Shown here piece after piece: positions 24,045 to 37,229 of a stretch of DNA of 64,000 bases. The translations under genes and the position numbers were made by a program. Source of the stretch: Sphyrna mokarran (taxonomy: Eukaryota); the NCBI GenBank assembly GCA_024679065.1, contig JAGIQG010000019.1, positions 7,254,001 to 7,318,000 of the forward strand, read 5' to 3'. The notes below the pieces were generated by a model. That model ran no database searches. It was given only the letters and a program-made list of their open reading frames with translations, and was not told the DNA's origin. Position 1 is the first letter of the stretch, and every line of letters starts with the position of its first letter.

Positions 24045-27000
24045 AGCAAGTGCATGACGACAATTTTATTTACAAATTTACATTTTTCATGTAGGCATTA
24101 ACTTCTTTATAAATTAAATGTAGTCACTTTTAGTAATCAATTTCTCACATTGTAGTTACGACAAAAGCAATGATTTCCAGTGTACATAAACAAAAAGTCA
24201 TTTCAGTCAAAATAAGCTCATGTCCAAATGCACTCAAGGTTGGATAAGTACCTGCTTCATACTTTCTATTAGTACATGCTTAATGCAAATTTTAGTTATG
24301 GCTGCTCAAGACTTGACCAAAAACCAGGGGGGAGTTGAGTCTTTTTTTCTTTACAAGTTAGGATCTGGAATACAACGCCCGACAGGGTGATCGATGTAGT
24401 AACTTTGAAAAAAAAGACTTGGAAATAGAAACATTTGTAGAGCTTTGAGGAAAGCACCTCAAGCGGGACTAATTTGATAGCTTCAAAGAGCTGGCACAGG
24501 CATGATGGACTGAAGGTTCATCTGTGCTGTATGATTTTATAGCCTTGAACTGTGCTGCAATTATGATTTTATTTTAAATTCTAAATTCTGTTATGTGACA
24601 CTTATAAAGCAATGCTGGTTTAAAACACCTTTTTGACAGCTGCCTCTGCCACAACGTAACTACACTCCATTTTTCATAGTTACAGCTTTGATGCACAAAG
24701 TATCTTACAGGGTGACAAATCGAAGCAGCAATGTTTACATGTCATTCACAGACATGTATTAATATATTTTGAGATCACCTTAGGAAAAATTACATAGCTT
24801 CATTTTTGATGGTTAATTTCAACACTCTAGGCCACAAAAATCAAATCTTCCGATTTTAATGTGATGGAACATGTTCTCACCATCACTCAAGTTAATATTC
24901 ACTGATGTATTATGTAGTCTCCAACAGATTGATTCTCAAAATAATTGGTCACAGACACATATATATACACATTTGCAAAAGTTCTTAACTAACATTTTCT
25001 TTTAAATAAGGACATTGAATTTGATAGAAGAGTTAGCTGCACAAAAATGTAGATTTTGATAGCTACTACATTCTTTAAAACCAAATATTTGAATGTATGC
25101 AAAAGCAAACTACTGCGGATGCTGGAATCCGAAACAGAGAAAATGCTGGAAAGTCTAGCATATCTTCAAGGAGAGAAAAGAGCAGCTATTTCGAGTGCAG
25201 ATGACCCTTCAACAAAGGCTCACTTGGACATAAAACTTCAGTTTTTTTCTCTCCTTGCAGATGCTGCCAGACTCGCTGAGATTTTCCAGCATTCTCTTTT
25301 GGTTTGAATGTATATATTGGCTAGGTACGATGCTGATTTTTTAAAAAAATACAGGCTATTGCATTGAATTGCTAGTTTGATTTAGACCGAACTGTTAAAA
25401 GTGACAAGACAAACAGAAAATAATGGAAATATAAAGGAACTCAGTTAACCTTTCAGAATTGGAAATAGTTAGCGATGTAACAGCTTTTAGGCAAGATTTA
25501 CTTAAGTCTCAGGAAAACGTGGTCAAGGCTGACCATTGTGCAATGAGACACTAAGCTTCACACAAAATTCTACAATTTTACCAACACAATAGTTTATACA
25601 AAATTTGCACAGCACGTTAAAATTGTATATAAAAAATTACATGACTTTTGAATTAAGACTATCGATTGGCAAATAGCATTTTTATTGCTTTGTTTAAAAA
25701 AGACCAAACTTTCAACCAGGAGAAACCATTTAGATTTCATTTACTCGAAGTATAATTTTTCCGAAGAAATTTTGAGTCTATGTTTACTTCATAATTGTTT
25801 ATTCTGCATCTGTAGCAGTCTTTAAAAAAGATATCACTACAGTAATTAAGTACCCAGCCACAAAAAGAAAAACACAGGTTCATGGAAAACTAACTATAGA
25901 ATTAGATTCAGTTAGTTTGCAAGCATACAAAATGATATTTGGTTTTGCTTCAACAATACCTAATTTTTGGGAAACTAAGTTAACTTTACATCCTGTTCAT
26001 CAGTTGGGTCTCAGCGTGGGTTTGGCCAAATCCCAACATCTTGCAGCTTAGCTCATAACAGTTCATTATCAGTAAGAATAATGTAAAAAACATTCAACAA
26101 ATTTAGGTGAGATATTTAGTTCAATTCATTCCTATCATTTATGTGCAAGCAACTATCAAATCAGAAACTAATAATTCAAAAAAGGTCCCTTTTTCAGGGC
26201 TGATACAAGCTAATCCAAACTGTTCCCATTATTTCACATTTGCTGGTTCACACCTGAAAATATATATTATGAAAGAAAAGGCCATTTTAATAGAAATAAA
26301 TTGTTTGGATTACATTTTAATATATTGTACCAGCCATTTAATCTCAATCCCCTGAAGTTTAGTCATTTACAAAGTATTGTTTTAAACAAAATAATGAGAT
26401 TTGTAGCTACATAGCACCAGTAAGTATTTGTCCAAAGTATGTTATTAATACAATGCTGACATTAAAGAACCCAATCTACAACATTCAGTAATTTAAGGCA
26501 ACTGATGGTCCTTGATCAGAACTATAGCTGCTATGGATCGAGGAAATTAGTATTTCCAGCTACTTTCAATTAATAATTGCATTTTGCAGCAGTAATGTCA
26601 GGAAAGATGTTGGTATTTGTGGTCATTCTCTCCTGAAACTGACAGTGATTGAAGTCTGCACATGCACAAAATTTGACAGAGGATAGTTACCTACACAAAA
26701 ATGTAGATTGTGATAGATACATTCTTTTAAACCCAATATTTGGATGTATACATTAGCTAGGTGCAACGCTGATTCTTTTTTAAAGAGATATTGCATTCAA
26801 TTGAGAGTTCAATTTAAAACTGAATTGTTAAAAGGGGCAATAAAAACAGAAAATACAAATTAACTTTTGAAAACTGGAAAATTTAGAGATGTAGCAACTT
26901 TTAAGCACGATCTACTGAAGTGTCAAAGCTGACATTGTGCAATGAGATACTGAACTTTACATTAAGGTGTATAATTTTACAAATGCTGCCATTGTTCATT

Positions 27001-28529
27001 TCAATATACAAGCTTCAAGAAATAGGTTAAAATTGGATACAAAACCAAAGGAGAAATGACATGACTTGTAAAGTAAGACCACTGAAAAACAGAATTCCTA
27101 TTAGTTCGTTTCAATGCAACACTATATGTCTTCAAGCAGAACAAAACATTTAGATTTCACATCGACTCGAGTTTAATGTTCTACAAAGATATTATGAACC
27201 TATGCTTACTCAAGTGTTTATTCTTTATCTGTAACCATTTTGTAGTATTCACACAGTAATTATGTATCCATCCAAACCTATAAAAATACTGGAAAACTAA
27301 TCACAGGAATTAGACTCCAATAGTTGCTAACATACAAAATGTTATCTGTTTTAGCTCAAATGTGGACATCCAGAAGCTGTCAGTAATTTTACCCTTTTCT
27401 ATAGAATGCTGAAGCCCTCTCACCCTCCACTCCTGCCAACCCCCAGTACTAAATCTGTAATTTACTGGATTGAATGCCTTCTTGTATTTCCAGCAAGTAA
27501 GATTTTTTTTCCCCCACAATTGAGGAATTCAATTGGGTTTTAAGTTCATAATTATTGTTGAACAGCCTGGGTGTCAATGGTGGGGTGAAAAAAAAACAGG
27601 GAATGCATAAAATACCTAAGTTGTAGTAAAATGGTTCTAAAAAATTTTTAAATCAAAATTCAGGAACAATGTAGGTTAAAAAAATTATTGAGATAAGAAT
27701 GAGACAGACTTGGAAAAAGTAGCAAGGGAAATGAGGACAACAGTGCAAACAGAACACCACTTAAATTTGCATTCATTTTAGTTCCGATTAAAGATCGTCA
27801 ACCTGAAACAGTGACTTTATTTCTCTTCACAGATGCTACTTCACCTGTTGTTTTTCAGTAACGGCATTGGTATATGCCAATGCTCTGTTCTTGATGTGTA
27901 TCCTCTATCCAAACCTTGAGGGGTCACGAAACCCACATACTGCCTCAGCAGCCAGTAGAATGCTAGAAGCATCAAGTGACTGAAGGAACTAAGTATGTAC
28001 TGGACCATCAGCCCAAAAGTCAGATCCTGGGCAAGCAGATCTCTCTTCACAAGCCTTGGTCACTTTTCAAGCTTTTGAAATTCCAACACTATTTCCCCCC
28101 TCCATAATTTTACATGTCACAATGCTTTTTATTGAAAAGAATCCACACGCAGCATGGGAACAGGGTTTTTTAATCCAAGACATGATTGGTGAAAACTTCC
28201 ATATCAACTCTGGAAGTGTGTAAAATTGTTTCATGATTTTGCCTCAACACAATTATTAGCAGTGGTAGTGTAAATGAAAAACACTCACTGAGAAACCATT
28301 AGAACTTTTAGTCTATTGCAAGTAGTTCCTACTAGAAATGTAGAATTAAAAATCACCAAAATTATCTTCTAGAATAATTAAATGGTACATTTCATACCAA
28401 GTTATGAAACTGTGCCATAAGCCACATCTTTAGGTGTGTTAATTCTAGAAATCATGAAGCTTCTGACTTTTCAATAGTATTTTCCAATGCAGTCTGCTTC
28501 ACGTTCTTTCAGTGACGGATGAACTGCTG
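24045..28529 (-). other. Probable long 3' UTR of the ethanolamine kinase
   Basis: AT-rich, HE1-free stretch after the stop. Minus-strand AATAAA at 28128-28133, 25681-25686 and 24065-24070; the distal signal coincides with the return to repeat-dense DNA. True end not provable from sequence. Confidence 0.5.
25099..25302. mobile_element. Penelope-derived fold-back insertion with 11-bp TSD
   Basis: TSD TTTGAATGTAT at 25088-25098 and 25303-25313; internal inverted arms aaatgctggaaagtct / agattttccagcatt. Confidence 0.8.
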
Positions 28530-28602
28530 TCATTCAGGGAGTTTCAGGTTCATGACTTCAGGCTTCATTTTGAAATACTGGCAGAATCGTACAACTGCAT
28601 AT
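28530..28602 (-). CDS. ETNK2: Ethanolamine kinase exon 8 (coding part, stop TGA)
   Basis: ttttccag|ATATGCA...GAATGA; 73 nt; YAVVRFCQYFKMKPEVMNLKLPE*. Exons 2-8 sum to 936 nt = 311 aa plus stop. Confidence 0.95.
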
Positions 28603-29974
28603 CTGGAAAAAAAGAGATGCATCAGGTTTCATTTTAAATCTACAAGTTTTCAGAACCAGATGGCATATACCAGCCTACATGACTAAAAGTAGCCAATGAG
28701 GTAGAAACAGAAGGACTGAACAAATTTATTAGGAACATTAAGCTCTATGGCTCTGCTCAAAATGGCACAAAAAGCTCATGAACGCAGTGTCATTTAGCCT
28801 CACATTAAGAGTAAGAAAACAAGGACTATAATCAAAAATCGAACAAATCAATGCTTAGAATGGCATAAGCCAGAGATAGTCGAAGCAAATTTCTGAACGA
28901 TGGCTTAGCTTTAAGTAACGTAAGGAATATTTAAGAACAGAGAAGAATGCAGAGAACAGTTTAATACAAACTTTCATTAAAGCATCTGATAAGCACTTAA
29001 AGAATTAACACAAAGAAATGTTTGCAAATTAAGGCACAAAACCACAAAAAAGCAATCCAACAAAACCTAACAAAATAAAATTAAAGGTGGTATGAGATCA
29101 AAGGAATATTACCAAGAATAGTAAACCTGATGACTGGCAGAGTTTTAAAGTTCAGTGTGACCAAGAAATTAACAAGAAAATAATGTTGAAGTTTATTTAT
29201 TAGTGTCACAAGAGGCAGCACGGTGGCACAGTGTTTAGAACTGCAGCCTTACAGCTGGATTCCATTCCCAGCTTGGGTTACCGTCTGTGTGGAGTCTGCA
29301 CACTCTCCCCTCATCTGAATGGGTTTCCTCCTACAATCCATGGTTAGGTGCAATGGCCATACTAAATTCTCCTTCAGTGTAGCCAAACAGGCGCTTGAAT
29401 GTTAGCGTAAGCCTAGTTGTGACTAAGAAGTAAATTTTACTTTAAAGTAGGTTTACATTAACAATGCAATGAAGGTATTTGAAAATCCCTAGGGGCCTCA
29501 CTCAGCATCTGTTAAGGTACGTAGAATTTAGCATGCCAAGGAATATATATTAGAACAACAGACATCAAAGTAGGTTGTAAACATTTCCATAGGCTTGAAA
29601 ATTAGAAGAGGTGAATAAAGAAAGGCGGTCTCATTTGAGGCAAAGATAGGTAAAACCACAAAAGAAAACAGTAGCACCATTAAACATATACTTTGAATTG
29701 GTCTTCATGTTATGATACAAAATCTTTAGAGAGATAAAGGGGAACCATTGCATCATGGCACTGATAGTCTGGCTTGGTGCCTTGGGCTGTGCGGGAGTAC
29801 TCAAGGAGGTAGGCATATTGGCTACCTGTCCCTTTGCCACAGCCAGGCTGCAGAGGAAGAGTACTTCAAGAGTCGAATAGGTTGGATGGGCTCAGAGCAC
29901 GAGGCTGACCTTGCCACTCTCCCCTACGATGGGGATCTTGTGGCAGGACTGCACGGACTAGCCCTGGCAGACTG

Positions 29975-30275
29975 AATCATCGAATTCCTACAGTGCAGAA
30001 TGAGTCCATTCAGCCTATCGAGTCTGCACCACCACAAGCTGACCCAGGCTCTATCCCCATAACTCATGCATTTACCTTAGATAGTCTTCCCCTGACGCTA
30101 AGTGACAATTTAGCATGGCCAATCTACCTAACCCTCATCTTTGGACTGAGCGCACCCGAAGGAAACCTATGCAGCAACAAGGAGAATGTGCAAACTCCAC
30201 ACAGAAAGCGATCAAGCCGGGAATTGAACCCCAGTCCTGTCTCTGAAAGGCAGCAGTGCTAACTACTGTGCCACC
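29975..30275 (-). mobile_element. HE1-type V-SINE
   Basis: atcatcgaattcctacagtgcag tail to ggcagcagtgctaactactgtgccacc head. Confidence 0.85.
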
Positions 30276-30310
30276 CAAAAGATGATGTGGTGAAACTTAA
30301 TTGTGAATTA

Positions 30311-30392
30311 TGTAGTCAGCAGGATTTGAACCTGTGCGGGGAATTCCCAATAGATTTTTAGTCCATAGCCTTAATCACTTGACCACGAAGAT
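30311..30392 (-). pseudogene. tRNA-Ser-derived pseudogene (intron 7)
   Basis: Minus strand ATCTTCGTGGTCAAGTGATTAAGGCTATGGACTAAAAATCTATTGGGAATTCCCCGCACAGGTTCAAATCCTGCTGACTACA: 82 nt, colinear with vertebrate tRNA-Ser(AGA) (GTAGTCGTGGCCGAGTGG...GGTTCGAATCCTGCCGACTACG). Acceptor stem broken, anticodon reads AAA, several CpG-type transitions. Confidence 0.85.
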
Positions 30393-33300
30393 CACTCTTA
30401 GCATTGAGAATTTGGGTAGCTTTGTAATCAACATCTTCACTCCTGCCTGTCAGCTGTGAAAATTGAGAAGTGGCCAGGTTACTTTATCCACTATGCCCCC
30501 CCACCACCCACCCCATTCTACTGTGCATAGCTGGGCATTCAGCCCCAATTTATTCACACAGCTTTGATCTGAAGCTTAAGGTTTCCTAGCAAGCTGAAAC
30601 CCTTGCTCTTTGTCAATTTCATGGTGCGCTAATTTGAAAGATGCTCAATCGAGTTTTACTCAGGCACCCTGCATCTTTCCCTTCATGCTTGAATGCACCT
30701 CAAGTAGCTCTATAATTCCTACTATGTTCGCAGAAACTCAAAGCCTGATTGATAGTTGTGGTTTCTTCAAAAGGAATGTAGTTTGCAAAAGAGGATGTTA
30801 AACCACTTTGAGTCAAGCCTCAGAAACTTCAAAGTGAGGGATCAGAGCGGGAAGGGAGCTGAGTGAGGCATCTCAGGGGCAAGGTTTGGGGGCGGGGTAG
30901 GGTCATGTCACCATGTGGCATAAGGGGATTGATTCATGATTTAAGTGATGGGCAGAAGGGTATCCATTTTGAGCAGTTGGTGGTGCTTTAGCGTCCAGCA
31001 CGCCATGTCCACATTGGTTTTCCATGTTGGTCATCACCATTCAGTGCAATTCTATCTGGAGATCTTAGAAGGGTGGAGGGGGGTTGGTGTTTGGTGATGA
31101 ATAGGGCATTAAACCTACAATTTGTGAATGTGTCTAATTATTGGGTTGTTACGTGCTCTGGGCAGGAACCCAATCAGGGTAGGAGGGCTGGTCAAGTGAA
31201 TATCCATAGCCCTCACGCCAGGCAGCAATCCCAATTTTAGTTTCGGCATCCAATTCAGCAGGCAATTGGGATGCCTGCCATCAATAATGGGCTGAAATTC
31301 CTCCATCAAGTCTCATGCGCTATACTGATTTACTATAGAATAATTAGTTGTTTTATCATTGTCTGGTTTTGATCAGAAAGTGGGATGAAATTATCCTCTG
31401 ATTTGAGAAAGATGAGACCTTGGAGGGCTATGCTGTAGTGAACCTGCCAATTCAACATAGCTGCACCTGGATCACTTGTGCTATGTAATCTTTCATCTGG
31501 TACTTCCTACTATATGGTGCACATTTGTCCTGGCTCATTTATCTTCTAATTTGGTAGAAAGTTGCAAGAAAACACCACCACCTTAATTACACTCTTTACT
31601 TATATTAGCCAATAGCAAAGTTAATTTCAAGTTTATATGTTTCTGAGCATACAACTGGGAGAAAGAAACCAAACATATATTGTATCTAACTAACTTGCAA
31701 ATTTAACTTAAAGTAATTATGGTAATGCAAACTAATTAAGGAATGCCTTCGACGGCTGTATGGTAACAAACTAATTAAGACATGACTTCATAGGTTGCAC
31801 AAGAGAGATAATTCTCAATTCTAATGTGTGACACAATATCAAGTACTGCTTTGAGAAAAGTGTTCCATCATTGCTGGAGAGAAAATGCAAATAACTCAAA
31901 TCAAGGAGGACTGTATTAGGAACGACATTAAATATCTAGTGTTTTTATGACATCAAATTGTACAAGGATTGTCAATATTGAAAGGGACTACAACAATATG
32001 CAGAAGGATATTAATAACCTAGCAGAATGGACAAATAATTGGCAAATGAAGCTCAACACAAATGTAAGCAAGTACATATGGTAGTAAGGATAGGCACAAG
32101 TCTAGGTTCAGTACAGGAACAAAGTGATTGATGTATTTATAACCCTAAGTTGCAATACAGATGAGCAAGGCCATTAAAAAAACAAACCAAGCTCTAGGAT
32201 AAAATAGTGAAACAGGCAAGTTTTGCAAAACCTTTATCAAACTTGGTTTACACCACACTTCGAGAACCACATCTGAACGTATAAAGAAAGGTAAAGCAAA
32301 ATAATATTTGAGGGAGGAGGGAGAAGGGAATAGTGGTTACAATGAATACCAGCATGAATGGGATAGGCCAAATGGTTTGCTTCTGTATCCTGTGCAGATT
32401 GTACAATGTAAAGCTTTATTCATAAATGTAACATTACTATACTGTTGGCCAATAGTTAATGTGGGAGACTACCAAGACAAGACAAAAACTGTAAACTATT
32501 TTTACTCAAATCATTTACTGACATTTCAGGAATAACACGTTGTAGCACAATTTTAACTCACTGAAATCAATTCACTAACAGCTTCACCCGAATCCATTTC
32601 TACAGAACAGCCAATTTTTCCCCAACATTCAGACTCTCAATAAAGTAATTCAAGGCAACAAGCTGAACATCACTGTAATACTTCCCTAGAGAAAGATTTC
32701 TTACTAGCAGGAGCAACGGTAATGTAATAGAGACAGACAGAAGCAAATAAAGTGAACATAATAATCAAGTATATAAATGCATTAAATAGAAAGTCAGAAA
32801 GTCACAATGTCAAACTAAAAAGGGATCTGACACTCTCTCTTTACCCATCTCCTTAGATTTTAATCAACACTTGCACGCTAATTATAAGACTGAATACACT
32901 TCATGTTGCAAAGTGATTTTATAGCTTAGCATCAGAGAACAATACATCTTAAAACAAGCTTTTCTGGCAAGTCCCAAATTTATTTTAAAAAATGTATCCA
33001 CAACGTGCATGCCGGTTTAAAAGCAAAATGGGAATGCGTTATTAATTATTGGATGCGAGTTACTTAAATGTTTGTCAGTCCAGTTTACTGACTGATTTGT
33101 GAACTAGGAGTAAGAGCTAGAAATATAAATTACCAGCAAATCAATCCAAATCCCTGTCACTACATTAAAAAACCTAGTTCTATTATAGGAACAAAACAGA
33201 ACAGACATTATTCAAAAAAGTACATAAATAATTTGTCCTTGTCACACCTCATTAGCATATGCATAAAATTACTGCTCCCCTGCAGCATTCCTCTGTATTT

Positions 33301-34529
33301 CACACGCTTCCTATACATGTCAATATGCTCAACTAACTTGGTTGCCTTCTGCAACTGCACTTTTCAATGCATAATTCTACAAAATTTGTCACTCCTTGCA
33401 GTGATATCTTAACTCATTCCTATAACATGAAATACCAAAGGAAACTTTAAACAGAATTTTCTCTTTTAGTCTGAGTAATTAAGATAGTGCAGAGTTAAAA
33501 TTGTTCACACCTCTACACTGGTTTCCAACTATATTAAAACCTGTGTGTTGTATAAAATTGACACCAAGTCACATCCTTGTTTTTTTTCCTGTCATATCCA
33601 TTACTTAAAAAAACAAAAGTTGCATATTTAAATAGAATTTGCAGTATGCAACGCAACACTTTTATTTTTAAGGTTAAGAATGGGAGAAAATTGAAACACT
33701 GAGATTGATTTTTTTCTCTCAATACAAATTTTCCAGCCAAATAGGTTTGCTTTTCTCCTCCATTTGCTCTTTATGGGGACTGTCACGTGTCCTGCAACAG
33801 TTCTCTGACTGAAACTGAGGAGAAAATGTCTCCAAGAAATCATATTTGAGATTAGTGCAAATTAAATGCCCCAATGAAGACAGCAGCAAACAGCCCTGTT
33901 CTAATTTCTATCCTGGAACAATGATGGAGAGAGAACTATGTGTCTATCGACACATGGGGTATTGATGAATCTTTCAAATAGGTAAAATATATTTTTTATA
34001 TTTGGCCTAAATATTGGAATTAGACTAATTAGGGGCACTGAAAAGATTTCAGTGTATACAAACATGGAACACTGGTACTCAAGTGTAATACTAATTTTTT
34101 CATGTTATTTTACACATAACAAGCATAGGCAAAGTCAGTCATAAAGCAAAAAAATTCTGAGAGACAGTGATTCCTACACTTGGTTGGAGGAGTGGGGAAA
34201 ATGAGAGCAAGTTTAGCCTTTTATCTTCAGGTGCTGTCCAATTAGTATTCAAAAGATACTCCAGGATCACACCTAGATGCTGCACTGTATTTTCCTATTA
34301 ATTCATGTATACCTCAGGTTGTCAATGTCAACAACCAAATTAAACAACAATTAGACTTAGTTGCTTGGACTTCTAGAGCCGAGTTTGATCATTGCTTTCC
34401 AGCAGGGACTCTCACATATGTGTTGTCTGTTCCATCAAGTGTCATTAGCAATACCCACGTGAGACCATAGACATCGACAGCAAGTGTGATAGATAGTGAG
34501 GGTGAAAGAGAGCGCTAGCGAGCAAGCAT

Positions 34530-34830
34530 ACTGGTTGGCACTGCTGACTCAGCTCCAGGACTCAAATTCAATTCTAGCCTTGGATGACTGTCTGCTAAGT
34601 ATCCACGTTCTCCCTGTGTCTGCATGGGTTTCCTCTGGGTGCTCCAATTTCCTCCCATATTCCAAAGATGTGCAGGTCAAGTGGACTGGCTATACTAAAT
34701 TGCCCCTTAAATGTCCCAAAATGTGTGGGTTAGATATATTAAACAGTTGTGGCCTGATAAAATAATCTGTTAAGAGTTAGTGCAAACTTGATGGGCCAAA
34801 TAGCCTCTATCTTACTGCAGGGATTCTATG
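34530..34830 (+). mobile_element. HE1-type V-SINE
   Basis: ggttggcactgctgactcagctccagg...tgtgtctgcatgggtttcctc...gatgggccaaatagcctc. Confidence 0.8.
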
Positions 34831-36927
34831 AGACAGAGGATGTAAAAAAGCAAGGAACTATCACAGCCAGTATGGCTACTGAACCCATGATACTGGTATC
34901 ATTCTACACCTCATTATAGCCAACTGAATGAGGAGGGAAATTACAACTTTTACATGTACTGTTAATAGAAAAATATTCTTAAACCTGGAATTTCTCCTTT
35001 TATGTTTTTAGAGAAAAATAAAATTGGATGGGAGGGGGAGGAGGAGGAGGAAGGACCTGTTCAGTTGCATCTGATATTGCTAAACACTTGCAATGCTCTA
35101 CATAATATGTTCCTGATCTTAGGAGGAACTCAGCACAGCAGGAATTACCTTCCACCCTGCCTAGGAGGAACTGAACACAGCAAGCAATCTTCCACAATGC
35201 AGCTATTCACAAGCTATTTTAATCTTGTATTGGAAGCAGCCTAACCTTCGAGCTACTAATGTAAATAAGCTTGTTTTAAAACAGTGAAGAGGAGATGATA
35301 AAAATTATTCCACTTGATAAAATGCAATTTTCTGTGTGATGAAAAGGTTTCATGTGTACTAAACATATTTTGCTCAAAAAGCAACCTGTATGCAATTTAC
35401 AATGCCATCTTGTGGTTATCTGGGATAGCAAACATTCAAATTATTAAAGAAAATCAGCCTGAGCCAAGTTAAATAAATTAGACGCTACAAATCTCAATGG
35501 GTAATATTCAATGTGTAAAAAATAGATGTTCTACTCTATAACTCTTTTCAAAAAGAATGTATTGCTACCCTACATACACAATGTTCCACTTTATTCTACA
35601 TATTTAAGATTTTACTTTACATATTTATATTACCTTCTCAATTGTGACACGTAAATTTAAAGCAAGAGGACAAATGTACAGACAGCAAGAGGGATTTAGA
35701 CAGTCAGAATACTTAATTAGATCATATTTCAATAAATGAGAATTTTGATACAAGTTACTGAATAACAGATAATATGCTAAAATGTTAGCAAAATAAAGCA
35801 CACAAGATAGATTTAGAAGTTCTAGTCAAATCCAGAAGATGGCATTTCTAACTGCAAATTAAACCTACTGTGTGTCATATTCAATTCATTTCAGGGCAAA
35901 ATATCATCTGAAACACAGATGTAGATTTTTAATCTGAAGGGAATTCACTCTGTTCACTTAGTAAATTGAAGAGAAAGAAGATACATAAACAGATGAGGGA
36001 TTCACCTCACTGCCACCTTCATAGGTGAGAGATGGACAAATGCTGGTCTCACCAATGAAACCCATATCCCGTGAAAGAACAAAAAATAAGGAATGCAATG
36101 GGATAGTCACCAAGAACTTTTGTCAAGTTGGTTTTGGAATGTACGGTAGCTTGTTGAGAAAAAAAACAAACTATTTATTGCTGAAAGCTTAAAGTTCAAA
36201 GAGATGAACGATTATTAACCAGCTAACTGTGCAGAACAATACAATTGTGTAATAACAGCATGTGCTGTTATTCACTAGTGGCAATTTGAAACCTGGAGCA
36301 CATGTAGTACAACTTCTATTTTCCAGCACAACTGGAAGCAAGTCTGCTTGCTTTATAGACAACTGGGATGTGAGAGAGTTCTAATGGTACCACATCTGAG
36401 TGGAGACAAGAATCTACAAAGGCTATTTCGGATCAGGAGATCCAACATCTATATGTGGGGAATGCACTAAAGCTTCTGAAACTGAGTTGAAAGCTCATTA
36501 AAAAAGTTCAGCACATCTCAAACAACTTAAAAAAAAAGACACTCAAGTGCACAAAATCAGTCACTCCATGTCAAGGATCGTAAAAGTGGCGGAATCTTCC
36601 AGACCCAGCAGCTCAGAAGTCAAAAAGACCTTTTAATCGCCCGTAAGAATTGGAAAATTTGATTTGCAACAGACAGGATCAGGAAATTTACACCATAAAG
36701 TTTAAAACTATGATTTTATTATGGAGAAACTTACTGAAGACACAGGAATGCAAAAATTATGAAGAAACAAATTTTATCTAACTTAATTTGAATAAATCTG
36801 AGTTTCCATTACACAACACAAAACAAGTTGTTCTACAATATACAGAAAATTAAGTTTTTTTTGCCATCTTATCACCATCTCATTAATTATGCATTTTACA
36901 GAAAATTAAAAACTCTTAAAAACCTAC

Positions 36928-37001
36928 CCCAAAAAATCAAAGTCAATTGTTGAATATCTTGACTGAATCAATGCCCAAAGACCCCAGAAAAAGTGGGAAG
37001 C
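36928..37001 (-). CDS. ETNK2: Ethanolamine kinase exon 7
   Basis: tgtctag|GCTTCC...TTGGG|gtaggt; 74 nt; ASHFFWGLWALIQSRYSTIDFDFL(G). Confidence 0.95.
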
Positions 37002-37229
37002 CTAGACAAACAGAAGAAAATAGAAAAATAATTTAATTAGTTGAATTATTTTTAAAACCAAACATTATACATTTAAACTATGTTAATCTCAGTAATCTTA
37101 AAACTAGTGGAAGACAAAAAACAGGAACCTATCTGCCAGTTAATTTAACATTGATCACAGGGAAAAAACTAGAAATGATGAGGGAGTTTATAACTCAGCG
37201 CTGAGAAAATCTCAATGTACTCAGGTAGA

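Noticed and set aside
36732-36832. Possible extra exon just after exon 7 (tattgtag ... TCA|gtaagt on the minus strand)
   Set aside because: Very U-rich intron-like composition and under 100 nt from the exon 7 donor; likely a decoy site without transcript evidence.
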